Assembly: GCA_052390515.1 (NCBI GenBank) | Contig: JBQTGV010000056.1 | Span: 1-43,240, forward strand | Source of the DNA: Candidatus Eiseniibacteriota bacterium | GTDB lineage: Bacteria > ARS69 | Direction: 5' to 3' | DNA: 43,240 nt | Part shown: in pieces, positions 28,913 to 37,338 of the stretch | Layout: every line of letters starts with the position of its first letter | Position numbering within the stretch: position 1 is the first letter of the stretch | Made by a program: the position numbers and the translations under genes | Notes under the pieces: generated by a model | What the model was told of the DNA's origin: nothing | Database searches by the model: none | What the model saw: only the letters and a program-made list of their open reading frames with translations

Positions 28913-30223
28913 ATGCGAACGAGCATCCTCCCGGCGGTCACCGCCCTGGCGGTCGCGGCGACCTTCGTCCCGGCCGCGGAGACGGCGCGGGCGAGCTGCC
29001 CCATCGTGGACCGCGGCTCGCCTACTGACCGCGTGACCACGGTCACCCTCGTGACCGCCCCGGCTCCCTGCGTGGGCGACCCCCTGTGGGCGGGCTGGCA
29101 GTGCGCCGTGCTGCAGTCGGACGCGAACGACAACGGCATCTCCTATCAGTTCGAGGTCCGCTGGAACCGCCACGGGCTTCCCGTCAACGGAACAGTGACC
29201 TGGCTCCAGGCCGCGGGACGCGTCTTCCATCGCGAGAACACGACCTACGCGGCCGGCGTCCAGGACACCCTCGCCACGGTCGACGGAGTGCGCAGCGTGG
29301 AGCTTCGCGGCGTGGGCGAGGCGTTCCTCACCCCGCCCCGCAACGGGTTCCCCAACGTCTCCGCGGTGTACGCGGACCTCCTCGAGTTCCTGATCGCGAA
29401 GCGCGTGGTGGAAGGCGTCCGCTGCCACTACGGAAACAGCGCCGGGACCATGATCGGAGCCAACGCCCTGGCGTATCACGGGGTGGATCAGCTGCTGGAC
29501 GGCGTGGTGTTCGGAGGAGGCCCGTACTGGGCGAATCTGGAGCTGACCTGCCTGGATTCGAGCTACGGCACCGCCAGCGAGCGCGACGACATCGACCAAT
29601 GGAACTGGCTGGAGTTCAACGCGACGACGCCGTGCACGGCCTTCGACGCGAACCCCGATCCGACCTATTCGTGCCGCTCCACGCTGGGCTCGGACGCGGA
29701 CACGGACTACACCGGCCTGCGCTTGGCGGTCATCATCGGAAAGCAGGACCCGTTCCTGCCGTGGATCGATGCCGAGGCCACGGACTGGTTCCAGCGCGTC
29801 GAGGCCGAGAGCAAGACCTTCGATCGGCCGGTCGGCGTCGGGCACACCGTCTTCAACTTCGTCGGGGGAGCGACCCTGGCCCTGCAGCGCATCCGCGAGA
29901 TCATCGCGGCTCCGGCGGCGACGTCCGCCGCCCAAGAGGCCGCCTCCGTCGAAGGACTGGCCGAGCCGACGCCGAGCCCGTTCGCCGAGGCCACGCGCAT
30001 CTCTTTCGTCGCCGCCCGAGCCGGCCACGTCTCACTCACCGTGCACGACTCCGCCGGGCGGCGCGTGGCCACGCTCGTGGATGGCGATCGGTCGGCGGGA
30101 CCGCACGGCTCGCTCTGGTCCGGCCGAGACGATCGCGGCCGCCGCGTCCCGAGCGGCGTGTACTTCCTGAGGCTCGAGGCGGAGGGCGCATCGGGGACGC
30201 GGAAGGTCGTGCTGGTCCGCTGA
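28913..30223 (+). CDS. Secreted putative alpha/beta-hydrolase-fold protein with FlgD-Ig/T9SS-like CTD
   Basis: Signal peptide; G-N-S-A-G nucleophile elbow; later GKQDPF and GHTVF; CTD WSGRDDRGRRVPSGVYFLRL..RKVVLVR. Confidence 0.8.
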   Translation: MRTSILPAVTALAVAATFVPAAETARASCPIVDRGSPTDRVTTVTLVTAPAPCVGDPLWAGWQCAVLQSDANDNGISYQFEVRWNRHGLPVNGTVTWLQAAGRVFHRENTTYAAGVQDTLATVDGVRSVELRGVGEAFLTPPRNGFPNVSAVYADLLEFLIAKRVVEGVRCHYGNSAGTMIGANALAYHGVDQLLDGVVFGGGPYWANLELTCLDSSYGTASERDDIDQWNWLEFNATTPCTAFDANPDPTYSCRSTLGSDADTDYTGLRLAVIIGKQDPFLPWIDAEATDWFQRVEAESKTFDRPVGVGHTVFNFVGGATLALQRIREIIAAPAATSAAQEAASVEGLAEPTPSPFAEATRISFVAARAGHVSLTVHDSAGRRVATLVDGDRSAGPHGSLWSGRDDRGRRVPSGVYFLRLEAEGASGTRKVVLVR

Positions 30224-30266
30224 TTCGGGTACACTCGCGACGCCGCGTGGCGAAGGGAGGCACCCG

Positions 30267-30374
30267 ATGGGCGACAAGGGGAAGAAGGACAAGGGCAAGA
30301 GCGAGAAGCAGAAGAAGGACAAGAAGGACCAGGAGAAGAAACGCAAGCAGGACAAGCAGCCTAAGCGGCCCTGA
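30267..30374 (+). CDS. Small lysine-rich protein (35 aa, MGDKGKKDKGKSEKQKKDKKDQEKKRKQDKQPKRP)
   Basis: Strong SD AAGGGAGG 6 nt before ATG 30267. Lys is encoded almost entirely by AAG. TGA at 30372-30374 is followed directly by a strong hairpin. Confidence 0.72.
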   Translation: MGDKGKKDKGKSEKQKKDKKDQEKKRKQDKQPKRP

Positions 30375-30416
30375 GACACGAAGGCCCCGCCGGTTCGCAC
30401 CGGCGGGGCCCGTGTC
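30375..30416. terminator. Strong GC hairpin, probable bidirectional terminator between the convergent small ORF and csp
   Basis: GGCCCCGCCGGT-TCGC-ACCGGCGGGGCC forms a perfect 12-bp stem (30383-30410), extendable by GACACG/CGTGTC. No clear U-tract. Confidence 0.65.
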
Positions 30417-30438
30417 GGCTCGAAGAGCCGCCCAGCAA

Positions 30439-30651
30439 CTAGCTCACGAGCTTCGACACGTTCTCCGCCGCGGGACCCTTCTGTCCGGCCACCACGTCGA
30501 AGGTCACCCTCTGACCCTCGGCCAGGGACTTGAAGCCCTCACCTTGGATCGCGGAGTGGTGGCAGAAGACGTCCTTCTCGCCGTCGTCGCGCGTGATGAA
30601 GCCGAAGCCCTTGTCGTCGTTGAACCATTTGACCGTTCCGGTCGTACGCAT
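30439..30651 (-). CDS. cspA: Cold-shock protein (CspA family)
   Basis: [15 protein letters not shown] (RNP1), DVFCHHSAI (RNP2) and [19 protein letters not shown] before ATG 30651. Confidence 0.96.
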   Translation of the reverse strand: MRTTGTVKWFNDDKGFGFITRDDGEKDVFCHHSAIQGEGFKSLAEGQRVTFDVVAGQKGPAAENVSKLVS

Positions 30652-30983
30652 TCCCGTACTCCTTACTGCCTTGAGAATCGGAGTCCGGGTCTGCCGCACT
30701 GCAAAGCCATTCCCATCCCGACTTCTCGTGTTCGCGGGAAATCCTCCCGCGCGGTGACGCCCCCCAGGGTGGGAAGCGCCTTTCTAAGGGGCCGATCGGC
30801 CGCCTCGGAATCTGGTGCGGACTTGTTCGGAGAGCACGTCGGGGCGCGGAGGGGAGGCCGCGCGAAGAGCACCCGAGGACCAGCCTGCACGTATACGCCG
30901 GGAAGATACGACGAAACGGCGCCCGGGGGGAGCCCCTTCCTCTCTCGGAGAGGAAATCCCCGCCGGGGACAGCGCCGAATCAG

Positions 30984-31223
30984 TTACGGTTCGTTACCCA
31001 CCCGCTTCAAACGCACCCACAGGTGCTTCGTGCCCGACTCCGGGAAACCCCGCTCGAACACGTCGAACAGCTCCGGATAGGCCGCGATCACGCCTCGAAC
31101 CGCTCGGCTCTCTTCGCCGTGAAGCAACCCCTCCACGGACGTGAGCAGGGTCGGCCCGGATCCCAGCAGCCGAACGAGCTGGTCCTTCACCGAGACCTCG
31201 AGGTCCTCACTCACCGCCCGCAC
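30984..31223 (-). CDS. Small hypothetical protein
   Basis: 79-aa ORF with protein-like composition and GC3-rich codons. The start is uncertain and I recognise no family. Confidence 0.45.
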   Translation of the reverse strand: MRAVSEDLEVSVKDQLVRLLGSGPTLLTSVEGLLHGEESRAVRGVIAAYPELFDVFERGFPESGTKHLWVRLKRVGNEP

Positions 31224-31277
31224 CGAGGGCGGCCGTGCCTCCTTTGCATCGTGGCTGCCTCCCTTTCCGTCACGCTC

Positions 31278-32033
31278 TCATCGTACTCGCTCGTGGCGTG
31301 TCGAGGAAGCCCGGGATCGCCCTCGAACTCCCGCGGACGTCCCCGTCCCTCTCGGCCGCACGGTGAGCAGCCCCTCGAGCTTCGCGAGCCGATCCGTCCA
31401 GAGCGCGCGCATCGTGTCGGCCACGGCCCGGCTGGGAAGACCGCGATGCTGCACCTGTACCTGGCTCTTCGCCGGACCTTTGGCCTGGAGGTACGCCTCA
31501 ACCCGCGTTCCGTCGGACCAGAGCAGGCGGATGCTCTTGGGGGGGGTCGCCCTCTGGACCGTGAGGTCGACGCCCCCGAGCCAGCGCTTCCGGACGCGGG
31601 CCGTGGCGAAGGCGTCGTACAGCACGTCCACAGCCACGGGCAGCGTCTTGCTCTTGTTGATCTCGAATCCGCCGCCGCGGCGCTGGCCCTTCTCACGCAG
31701 GCCGCGGATCCGCTCGTACCCGACCGTGACGCCCTGCGCCCACCAGTCCCCGACCGCGAACGAATCGTGCACCAGTCGAGCGATGTCGCGGTGGGGCAGC
31801 CGCACCGCGCCGGCGGCGTCGAGCTCGCGGACCCAGGACTTCCAGTCGCGTCCGGTCGCCTTCCTCACCGCGGCATCGGACAGTCCGGCGAGCTCCGCGT
31901 AGTCGGCGACCGCGGGTCTCGCGGGGGGACCGGTCCGCTTGGCGATGAGCTGGGCTCGGGCGGCCGTGTAGGATTCGCCCGTCTTTTTCATGCGGCTGCG
32001 CGTGAGGCGCTTGAGGTCCTTGCTGCTCGGCAT
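31278..32033 (-). CDS. Hypothetical protein: basic N-terminal 'RMKKTGESYTAAR' helix, DUF4287-like middle and SRPBCC-like C-terminal part
   Basis: GGAGGAG SD before ATG 32033. Motifs SDAAVRKATGRDW..W, WWAQGVTVGYERIRGLR and VQVQH..L......MRALW. Confidence 0.82.
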   Translation of the reverse strand: MPSSKDLKRLTRSRMKKTGESYTAARAQLIAKRTGPPARPAVADYAELAGLSDAAVRKATGRDWKSWVRELDAAGAVRLPHRDIARLVHDSFAVGDWWAQGVTVGYERIRGLREKGQRRGGGFEINKSKTLPVAVDVLYDAFATARVRKRWLGGVDLTVQRATPPKSIRLLWSDGTRVEAYLQAKGPAKSQVQVQHRGLPSRAVADTMRALWTDRLAKLEGLLTVRPRGTGTSAGVRGRSRASSTRHERVR

Positions 32034-32068
32034 CGTGAACTCCTCCGCTTCATGCCGCGAGCGACGGT

Positions 32069-32172
32069 CCCCAGCAGCGCAGCCCGCGACGAGGCGAAGG
32101 CTTCAGGATGCCGATCCGGGAGTATGCCTCCCTTTGCCTCGCGGACGCCCCCGCTGGGGGAGGGCGCAAGAG
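32069..32172 (-). promoter_or_regulatory. Candidate structured RNA leader (multi-helix hairpin with three-way junction)
   Basis: Pairings: 32069-77/32151-59, 32083-89/32139-45 and 32091-100/32131-40, with inner hairpins at 32106-17 and 32118-32. Confidence 0.5.
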
Positions 32173-32238
32173 GTTGGGCGCGGATCCGACGCCGAGGCTC
32201 CTTGATAGCATGGGCCGATGTGGCGTCGCAAGCGTCTC

Positions 32239-32573
32239 GGTGGTCCTTCTCGACCGCGCGGGACGTCCTGCGCTTCGGGCAGTGCCTCGTCGAGGGTCGG
32301 ATCGTCGCTCCGGAGATCCTGGCGGAGATGTCGAGTTCCCATACCGATCACATCGCCGGCGCGCAAACGGACTACGGCTACGGTCTCATCCGCGAGAAGA
32401 GCGCCGACGGTGTCTTCAGCATCGGCCACGGCGGCATCGCGTCCGGAGTGAACTTCGAGTACCGCTACTTCCCCGAGAGATCCCTCACGCTCGTCGCGTT
32501 CTCGAACCAGGACAACGGCGCCTACGACAGTCTGCGGAAGACGGCGACGCGCCTCATCACCGGAGAGCGATGA
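32239..32573 (+). pseudogene. C-terminal remnant of a serine hydrolase / class C beta-lactamase-family gene
   Basis: SFSTARDVLRFG, YGYGL, IGHGG..SG and LTLVAFSN are the C-terminal family motifs. No SxxK or N-terminal half is present, and the preceding GG codons lie in another frame. Confidence 0.72.
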
Positions 32574-32640
32574 CGGCGCCGCGGGCTTCGCGTATCATGG
32601 GCGTCGGGAGGCGGATCCTGGCCTCGGAGACCCTCGAAGC

Positions 32641-33582
32641 GTGCACATTCCCGATGGATTCCTCGACGCGAAGACCATCGCCGCCGCCACCGGTCTGTCC
32701 GCCGCCGGCGTGGGCACCGCGCTTCGCCACGCAGCCCGGAGCGGAGCGGGACGGCGCGCGCCCCTGATCGGCGTGACCGCGGCGTTCGTGTTCGCCGCGC
32801 AGATGCTCAACTTTCCGGTGGCGGGGGGAACGTCGGGGCATCTCGTGGGAGGCGTCCTCGCCGCGGTGCTCGTCGGGCCGGCCGCCGCAGTCGTCGTGAT
32901 GACGTCGGTGCTGACCCTGCAGTGCTTCCTGTTCAACGACGGGGGCGTGCTCGCGTTCGGGGCGAACGTGTTCAACATGGCCGTCCTGGCTCCCGGCGCG
33001 GGCTGGCTCGTGTACCGAGTGGTGCGGGGCTCGGGCGGGACGCGAAGAGCGCTGCTGGCGGCCGCGTTCGCCGCGTGGTGCTCGGTCGTGGTCGCGTCGG
33101 TGGCGTGCGCGGGCGAGCTCGCCTGGTCGGGTACGGTGGCGGCGCCCCTCGTCCTCCCGGCAATGGCCGGGATCCACATGGTGATCGGCCTCGGCGAAGC
33201 GGCGATCACCGCGCTCGTGCTCTCCGCCATCGCCAGGACCCGACCGGAGCTGCTCGGTGACGAGGCGGCTCCCGCGCCGGCGGGCCGGCTCCTCGTGATC
33301 CAGGGCGGACTCATCTGTGTGGGGCTCGCCGTGTTCCTCTCGCCGTTCGCGAGCGCGCTGCCGGACGGGCTGGAGCGCGTCGCCGGCTTGCTGGGTTTCG
33401 AGCACCGCGCGGAGGAGCCGCTCCTCCCTTCGCCCATGCCCGACTACGGGGTTCCGGGCGTCGCGTCGTCCACGCTCGGCACGGTGATCGCGGGGCTGGC
33501 CGGCACGGTGGTGGCGTTCGCCCTGTCCTGGATCCTGGCGGTCGCGCTGACCCGCGCCGACGCGGCCCCGGCGAAGAAGTGA
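32641..33582 (+). CDS. cbiM: ECF Ni/Co transporter S component CbiM/NikM fused to a PDGLE (NikN-like) domain
   Basis: N-terminal MHIPDGFL metal-binding motif; FAAQMLNFPV.GGTSGH; C-terminal ASALPDGLE and PMPDY. Confidence 0.93.
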   Translation: MHIPDGFLDAKTIAAATGLSAAGVGTALRHAARSGAGRRAPLIGVTAAFVFAAQMLNFPVAGGTSGHLVGGVLAAVLVGPAAAVVVMTSVLTLQCFLFNDGGVLAFGANVFNMAVLAPGAGWLVYRVVRGSGGTRRALLAAAFAAWCSVVVASVACAGELAWSGTVAAPLVLPAMAGIHMVIGLGEAAITALVLSAIARTRPELLGDEAAPAPAGRLLVIQGGLICVGLAVFLSPFASALPDGLERVAGLLGFEHRAEEPLLPSPMPDYGVPGVASSTLGTVIAGLAGTVVAFALSWILAVALTRADAAPAKK

Positions 33583-34199
33583 GTCCCCTCGAACCGATCC
33601 TCCTCGACCAGTACGCGGACCTCGGCAGCCCCGTGCACCGCGCGCCACCCGCGACGAAGGTGATCGGCCTCGTCGCCTGCGTCTCGGTCGTCGCGCTCGC
33701 TCCGCCGCGACTCGCGGTCTTCGCCGCGGTGGGGGCGTGCCTGCTGGCGGTCGCCGCGGCGAGCCGCGTGCCCCCGGGCTTCCTGCTGCGGAAACTGCTG
33801 CTTCTGGAGCCGTTCGTGCTGGGGATCGTGCTCATGACTCTCTTCCAGCCCGACGGGCTGCTCCGCTTCGCCGTGGCACTCACCCGCAGCACGCTGTGCC
33901 TGTTCGCCAGCATCCTCCTCGCCGCGACGACGCCGTTCAGCGACTTCCTCGCCGTGCTTCGATCGTGGCGGTTCCCGCCCTACCTCGTGACCACGCTGGC
34001 GCTGACCTACCGCTACCTCTTCGTGCTCGTCGACGAGGCGCAGCGGATGCGCCGCGCCCGGGACGCGCGCACGTTCCGGCGCGGGCATGCGTCGAGATGG
34101 AAGGTGCTCTCCACCGTCGTCGCGCAGCTGTTCGTCCGCTCGACGGAGCGCGCGGAGCGGATCCACGCCGCGATGTGCGCCCGGGGGTGGAAGGCGTGA
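33579..34199 (+). CDS. cbiQ: ECF transporter T component CbiQ/NikQ
   Basis: GTGA coupling; motifs SPVHR..P.TK, YRYLFVL.DEA.RMRRAR.AR and RAERIHAAMCARG. Confidence 0.9.
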   Translation: MSPLEPILLDQYADLGSPVHRAPPATKVIGLVACVSVVALAPPRLAVFAAVGACLLAVAAASRVPPGFLLRKLLLLEPFVLGIVLMTLFQPDGLLRFAVALTRSTLCLFASILLAATTPFSDFLAVLRSWRFPPYLVTTLALTYRYLFVLVDEAQRMRRARDARTFRRGHASRWKVLSTVVAQLFVRSTERAERIHAAMCARGWKA

Positions 34200-34951
34200 A
34201 CGCCGTCGACGTGGTTTCCCTGAGCTTCCGGTACCCCGACGGCACGCTGGCGCTGCAGGACGTGTCCTTCTCGGTCGCGCCGGGCGAGCGCGTCGCGCTG
34301 ATCGGACCGAACGGAGCGGGCAAGTCCACCGTTCTGCTGCATCTGAACGGGCTGCTCCCCGAGCGCTTCGCAGAGGTGTCCGCGGTGCACGTGTTCGGCG
34401 CGCCGGTCGCCGACGCGGCGCTGTCGGAGATCCGCGCCAAGGTCGGCTTCCTGTTCCAGGACCCGGACGACCAGCTCTTCTGCGCGACGGTGTTCGAGGA
34501 CGTCGCGTTCGGGCCGCGCCAGGCCGGGGTGGAGGGTGATGCGCTCCGCGAGCGCGTCGGTCGCGCGCTCGACGCCGTGGGCCTCGCGGGATTCGAGCGC
34601 AGGCCTCCGCACCGCCTGTCCCGCGGCGAGAAGCACCGCGTGTGTCTCGCGGGCCTGCTGGCCTGCGAGCCGAAGGTACTGGCGCTCGACGAGCCGACGA
34701 GCCACCTGGACCCGCGCGGCCGCCGCGAGCTGCTTCGGCACCTGCGTGCGCTCCCGGTCACGCAGATCGTCGCATCCCACGATCTGGAGCTCGTCGTGGA
34801 GCTGTGCTCGCGGGCCGTCCTCCTGGACGGCGGGCGAATCGTGGCCGAGGGAGCTTCCGAGGAGCTGCTCGCGGACGAGCCGCTGATGCTCGCCCACGGG
34901 CTGGAGCGGCCGCACATCCTGCTGCACCGCCATCCGCACGGTCGGGGCTGA
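34196..34951 (+). CDS. cbiO: ECF transporter ATPase CbiO/NikO
   Basis: GTGA coupling; Walker A GPNGAGKST, FQDPDDQLF, LSRGEK, LDEPT and SHDL; His-rich tail HILLHRHPH. Confidence 0.93.
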   Translation: MNAVDVVSLSFRYPDGTLALQDVSFSVAPGERVALIGPNGAGKSTVLLHLNGLLPERFAEVSAVHVFGAPVADAALSEIRAKVGFLFQDPDDQLFCATVFEDVAFGPRQAGVEGDALRERVGRALDAVGLAGFERRPPHRLSRGEKHRVCLAGLLACEPKVLALDEPTSHLDPRGRRELLRHLRALPVTQIVASHDLELVVELCSRAVLLDGGRIVAEGASEELLADEPLMLAHGLERPHILLHRHPHGRG

Positions 34952-35051
34952 GCTCACCGCGCCGTCCCTAACCCCCCTGCGCGACAGCCGCTTCGCGCCA
35001 TCCGGTCTCCCCATCGAATCCGACCGTCCGATCAGGTACGATCCGGTCATC

Positions 35052-37328
35052 GTGGACGCCCGAACGGTCCTTCGTTCCGCCGTCGCCGCCAGCGCCGCCC
35101 TCCTGACGCTGGCTCCCGCGGCGACCCACGCGCAGTTCACCGAGACGCAGATCACACCGGTGTTCACCGACGACGCCCCCAGCTGGTCACCGGACGGGAC
35201 GTTCATCGCCTTCGAATCTCAGCGCACCGGTAACCTGGACCTGTGGAAGGTCCTGCTGGCCGACTCCTCCATGACTCAGCTCACGGCGAGCGGTAAGGCG
35301 GACCAGAGCCCCGACTGGTCGCCGAGCGGCGCGCTGCTCGTCTACGCCGCGGTGGACACCGCTGGTCTCGATCTCTACACGCGGTCACCGGACGGCGGCC
35401 CGGCGACGTTGCTGGAAGAGGACCCCACGGCGCCGGACCGTTCCCCCGCGTGGTCGCCCGACGGCACCTCGATCGCGTTCGAGAAGGGGAGCGACATCTA
35501 CGTCATCCCCGCCGCCGGAGGCACGCCCGTGCAGCTCACGTTCGACCCCGGCGCCGACGGCCATCCGTCCTGGTCGCCCGACGGGACGCAGATCGTGTTC
35601 CGGTCCAACCGCAGTGGGAACGAGGACCTCTGGGTCATGTCCGCGTCGGGCGGGGTGGCCACGCAGATCACCACCGATCCGGCCGCGGACGCCGGTCCCG
35701 ACTGGTCGCCGATCGGCGACTTGATCGCGTTCCACTCGAACCGCGCCGGGACGTACGACATCTGGGTCGTACCGGTGACGGGCGGAGCGCCCACGCAGAT
35801 CACGTTCGGGACCTTCGGCCACGACTTCCGGCCGGACTGGGGGCCGTCCGGCAACGTGCTCGCCTTCGCGAGGGCCGGGAGCATCTGGACGGTCGCGTTC
35901 CCCGTCGCCGGCGTCTCCGTCGCAGTGGCGGCGGATGCGGCCACGGCGGGGGAAGGGGCGACCGTCACGTACACCGTGGTGGTGGCGAACGCAGGCCCGG
36001 ACGACGCGACCGGAGTCGAGGTCACCGACCTCCTGCCTGCCGGTCTCACCTGGCAGTCATCCACCGCGACCCGCGGAAGTCACTCCCCCGGCACCGGACT
36101 GTGGAGCGTCGACTCGCTCGCCGCGTCGTCGGTCGACTCGCTGATCGTCGTCGCCACGGTCGACTCCGGGACGGGAGGGCAGACCATCACGAACGTGGCC
36201 AGCCTCACGGCGTGCTCCACGCTCGATGCCACGATCGCGGACGATGCCGACTCCGTCGACGTGGTCGTCTCCGCGATCGATCTCGCGGTGACCAAGGCCG
36301 TCGACGATCCGGCGCCGGCCGAGGGCGGGACGATCGTGTACACGGTGACGGTGGCGAATGCCGGGCCGGACGCGGCGAGCGGGGTCGTGGTCGGGGACTC
36401 ACTGCCCGAGGGAGTCACGTTCCTCTCCGCGCTGGCCACGCACGGCGCGTACGCGAGCGGCACCGGCCTGTGGACCGTGGGCGCGCTCGGCGTCGCTCAG
36501 GCGGACACGCTGGCCGTCACCGCGACGGTGAACGGCGGAACCGCCGGAGCGACGATCACCAACGCGGCGGCCCGCGTCGCCTCCGATCAGACCGACACGA
36601 ACGGCGCGAACGACGCGGACAGCGTCGACGTCGTCGTGGGTGGGATCGATCTCGGTGTGACCAAGGCCGTCGACGACCCCGCCCCGATGGAGAGCGGCAC
36701 GGTCGTCTATACCGTGACCGTGGCGAACGTCGGAGCGGAAGCGGCCAGCGGGGTGGAGGTGACGGATCTGCTCCCCACAGGGGTCACTTACGTGTCGGAC
36801 GCCGCGACGCGGGGTAGCTACACGGCTGGCACGGGGCTGTGGGCCGTGGGTGCGCTCGACGTGGCCGAAGCGGACACGCTGTCCCTGACCGTGACGGTCG
36901 ACGGCGGTGCGGGCGGAACGACTGTCACGAACGTCGCGGCGCGGAGCACGTCGGACCAGACCGACACGAACGCGGCGAACGACGCGGACTCCTCGTCCAT
37001 CGACGTGCAGGGGGGCGTCGTCTCGGCCTTGCCGTCGGCGAGCGTTCCCGCGCGCCACGATCTGTTCACCGGCGCCCCGAACCCGTTCGCCGAGCGTACC
37101 GAGATCCGCTTCGACCTGCCGGAGGCCGGTCGGGTGGCGCTCTCCGTGTTCGACGTGAGCGGCCGGCTCGTGCGAACGCTGCTGCACGAGGACCTCGCAC
37201 CGGGACGCTACCGTGCTTCTTGGGACGGCCGCGACGGGTCGGGAGCCCGCGTCGCCGCGGGGATCTACCTCGTCCGCCTTCGTGCGGGACGCTTCACCGC
37301 CACGACGAGAGCCGTCCGCCTGGAGTGA
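35052..37328 (+). CDS. Secreted protein: TolB-like PD40 beta-propeller, three DUF11 domains, FlgD-Ig/T9SS-like CTD
   Basis: Six P.W(S/G)P.G repeats. Three YTV.VAN.G...A.GV.V.D.LP.G units (period about 369 bp). C-terminus PNPF..WDGRDGSG..AAGIYLVRL. Confidence 0.9.
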   Translation: MDARTVLRSAVAASAALLTLAPAATHAQFTETQITPVFTDDAPSWSPDGTFIAFESQRTGNLDLWKVLLADSSMTQLTASGKADQSPDWSPSGALLVYAAVDTAGLDLYTRSPDGGPATLLEEDPTAPDRSPAWSPDGTSIAFEKGSDIYVIPAAGGTPVQLTFDPGADGHPSWSPDGTQIVFRSNRSGNEDLWVMSASGGVATQITTDPAADAGPDWSPIGDLIAFHSNRAGTYDIWVVPVTGGAPTQITFGTFGHDFRPDWGPSGNVLAFARAGSIWTVAFPVAGVSVAVAADAATAGEGATVTYTVVVANAGPDDATGVEVTDLLPAGLTWQSSTATRGSHSPGTGLWSVDSLAASSVDSLIVVATVDSGTGGQTITNVASLTACSTLDATIADDADSVDVVVSAIDLAVTKAVDDPAPAEGGTIVYTVTVANAGPDAASGVVVGDSLPEGVTFLSALATHGAYASGTGLWTVGALGVAQADTLAVTATVNGGTAGATITNAAARVASDQTDTNGANDADSVDVVVGGIDLGVTKAVDDPAPMESGTVVYTVTVANVGAEAASGVEVTDLLPTGVTYVSDAATRGSYTAGTGLWAVGALDVAEADTLSLTVTVDGGAGGTTVTNVAARSTSDQTDTNAANDADSSSIDVQGGVVSALPSASVPARHDLFTGAPNPFAERTEIRFDLPEAGRVALSVFDVSGRLVRTLLHEDLAPGRYRASWDGRDGSGARVAAGIYLVRLRAGRFTATTRAVRLE

Positions 37329-37338
37329 CGGACGCCGG

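Noticed and set aside
32040-32640. Cobalamin or NiCo riboswitch upstream of cbiM
   Set aside because: I recognised no B12-box or NiCo consensus. The structured element lies about 480 nt away, beyond a gene remnant, and adjoins the divergent gene.
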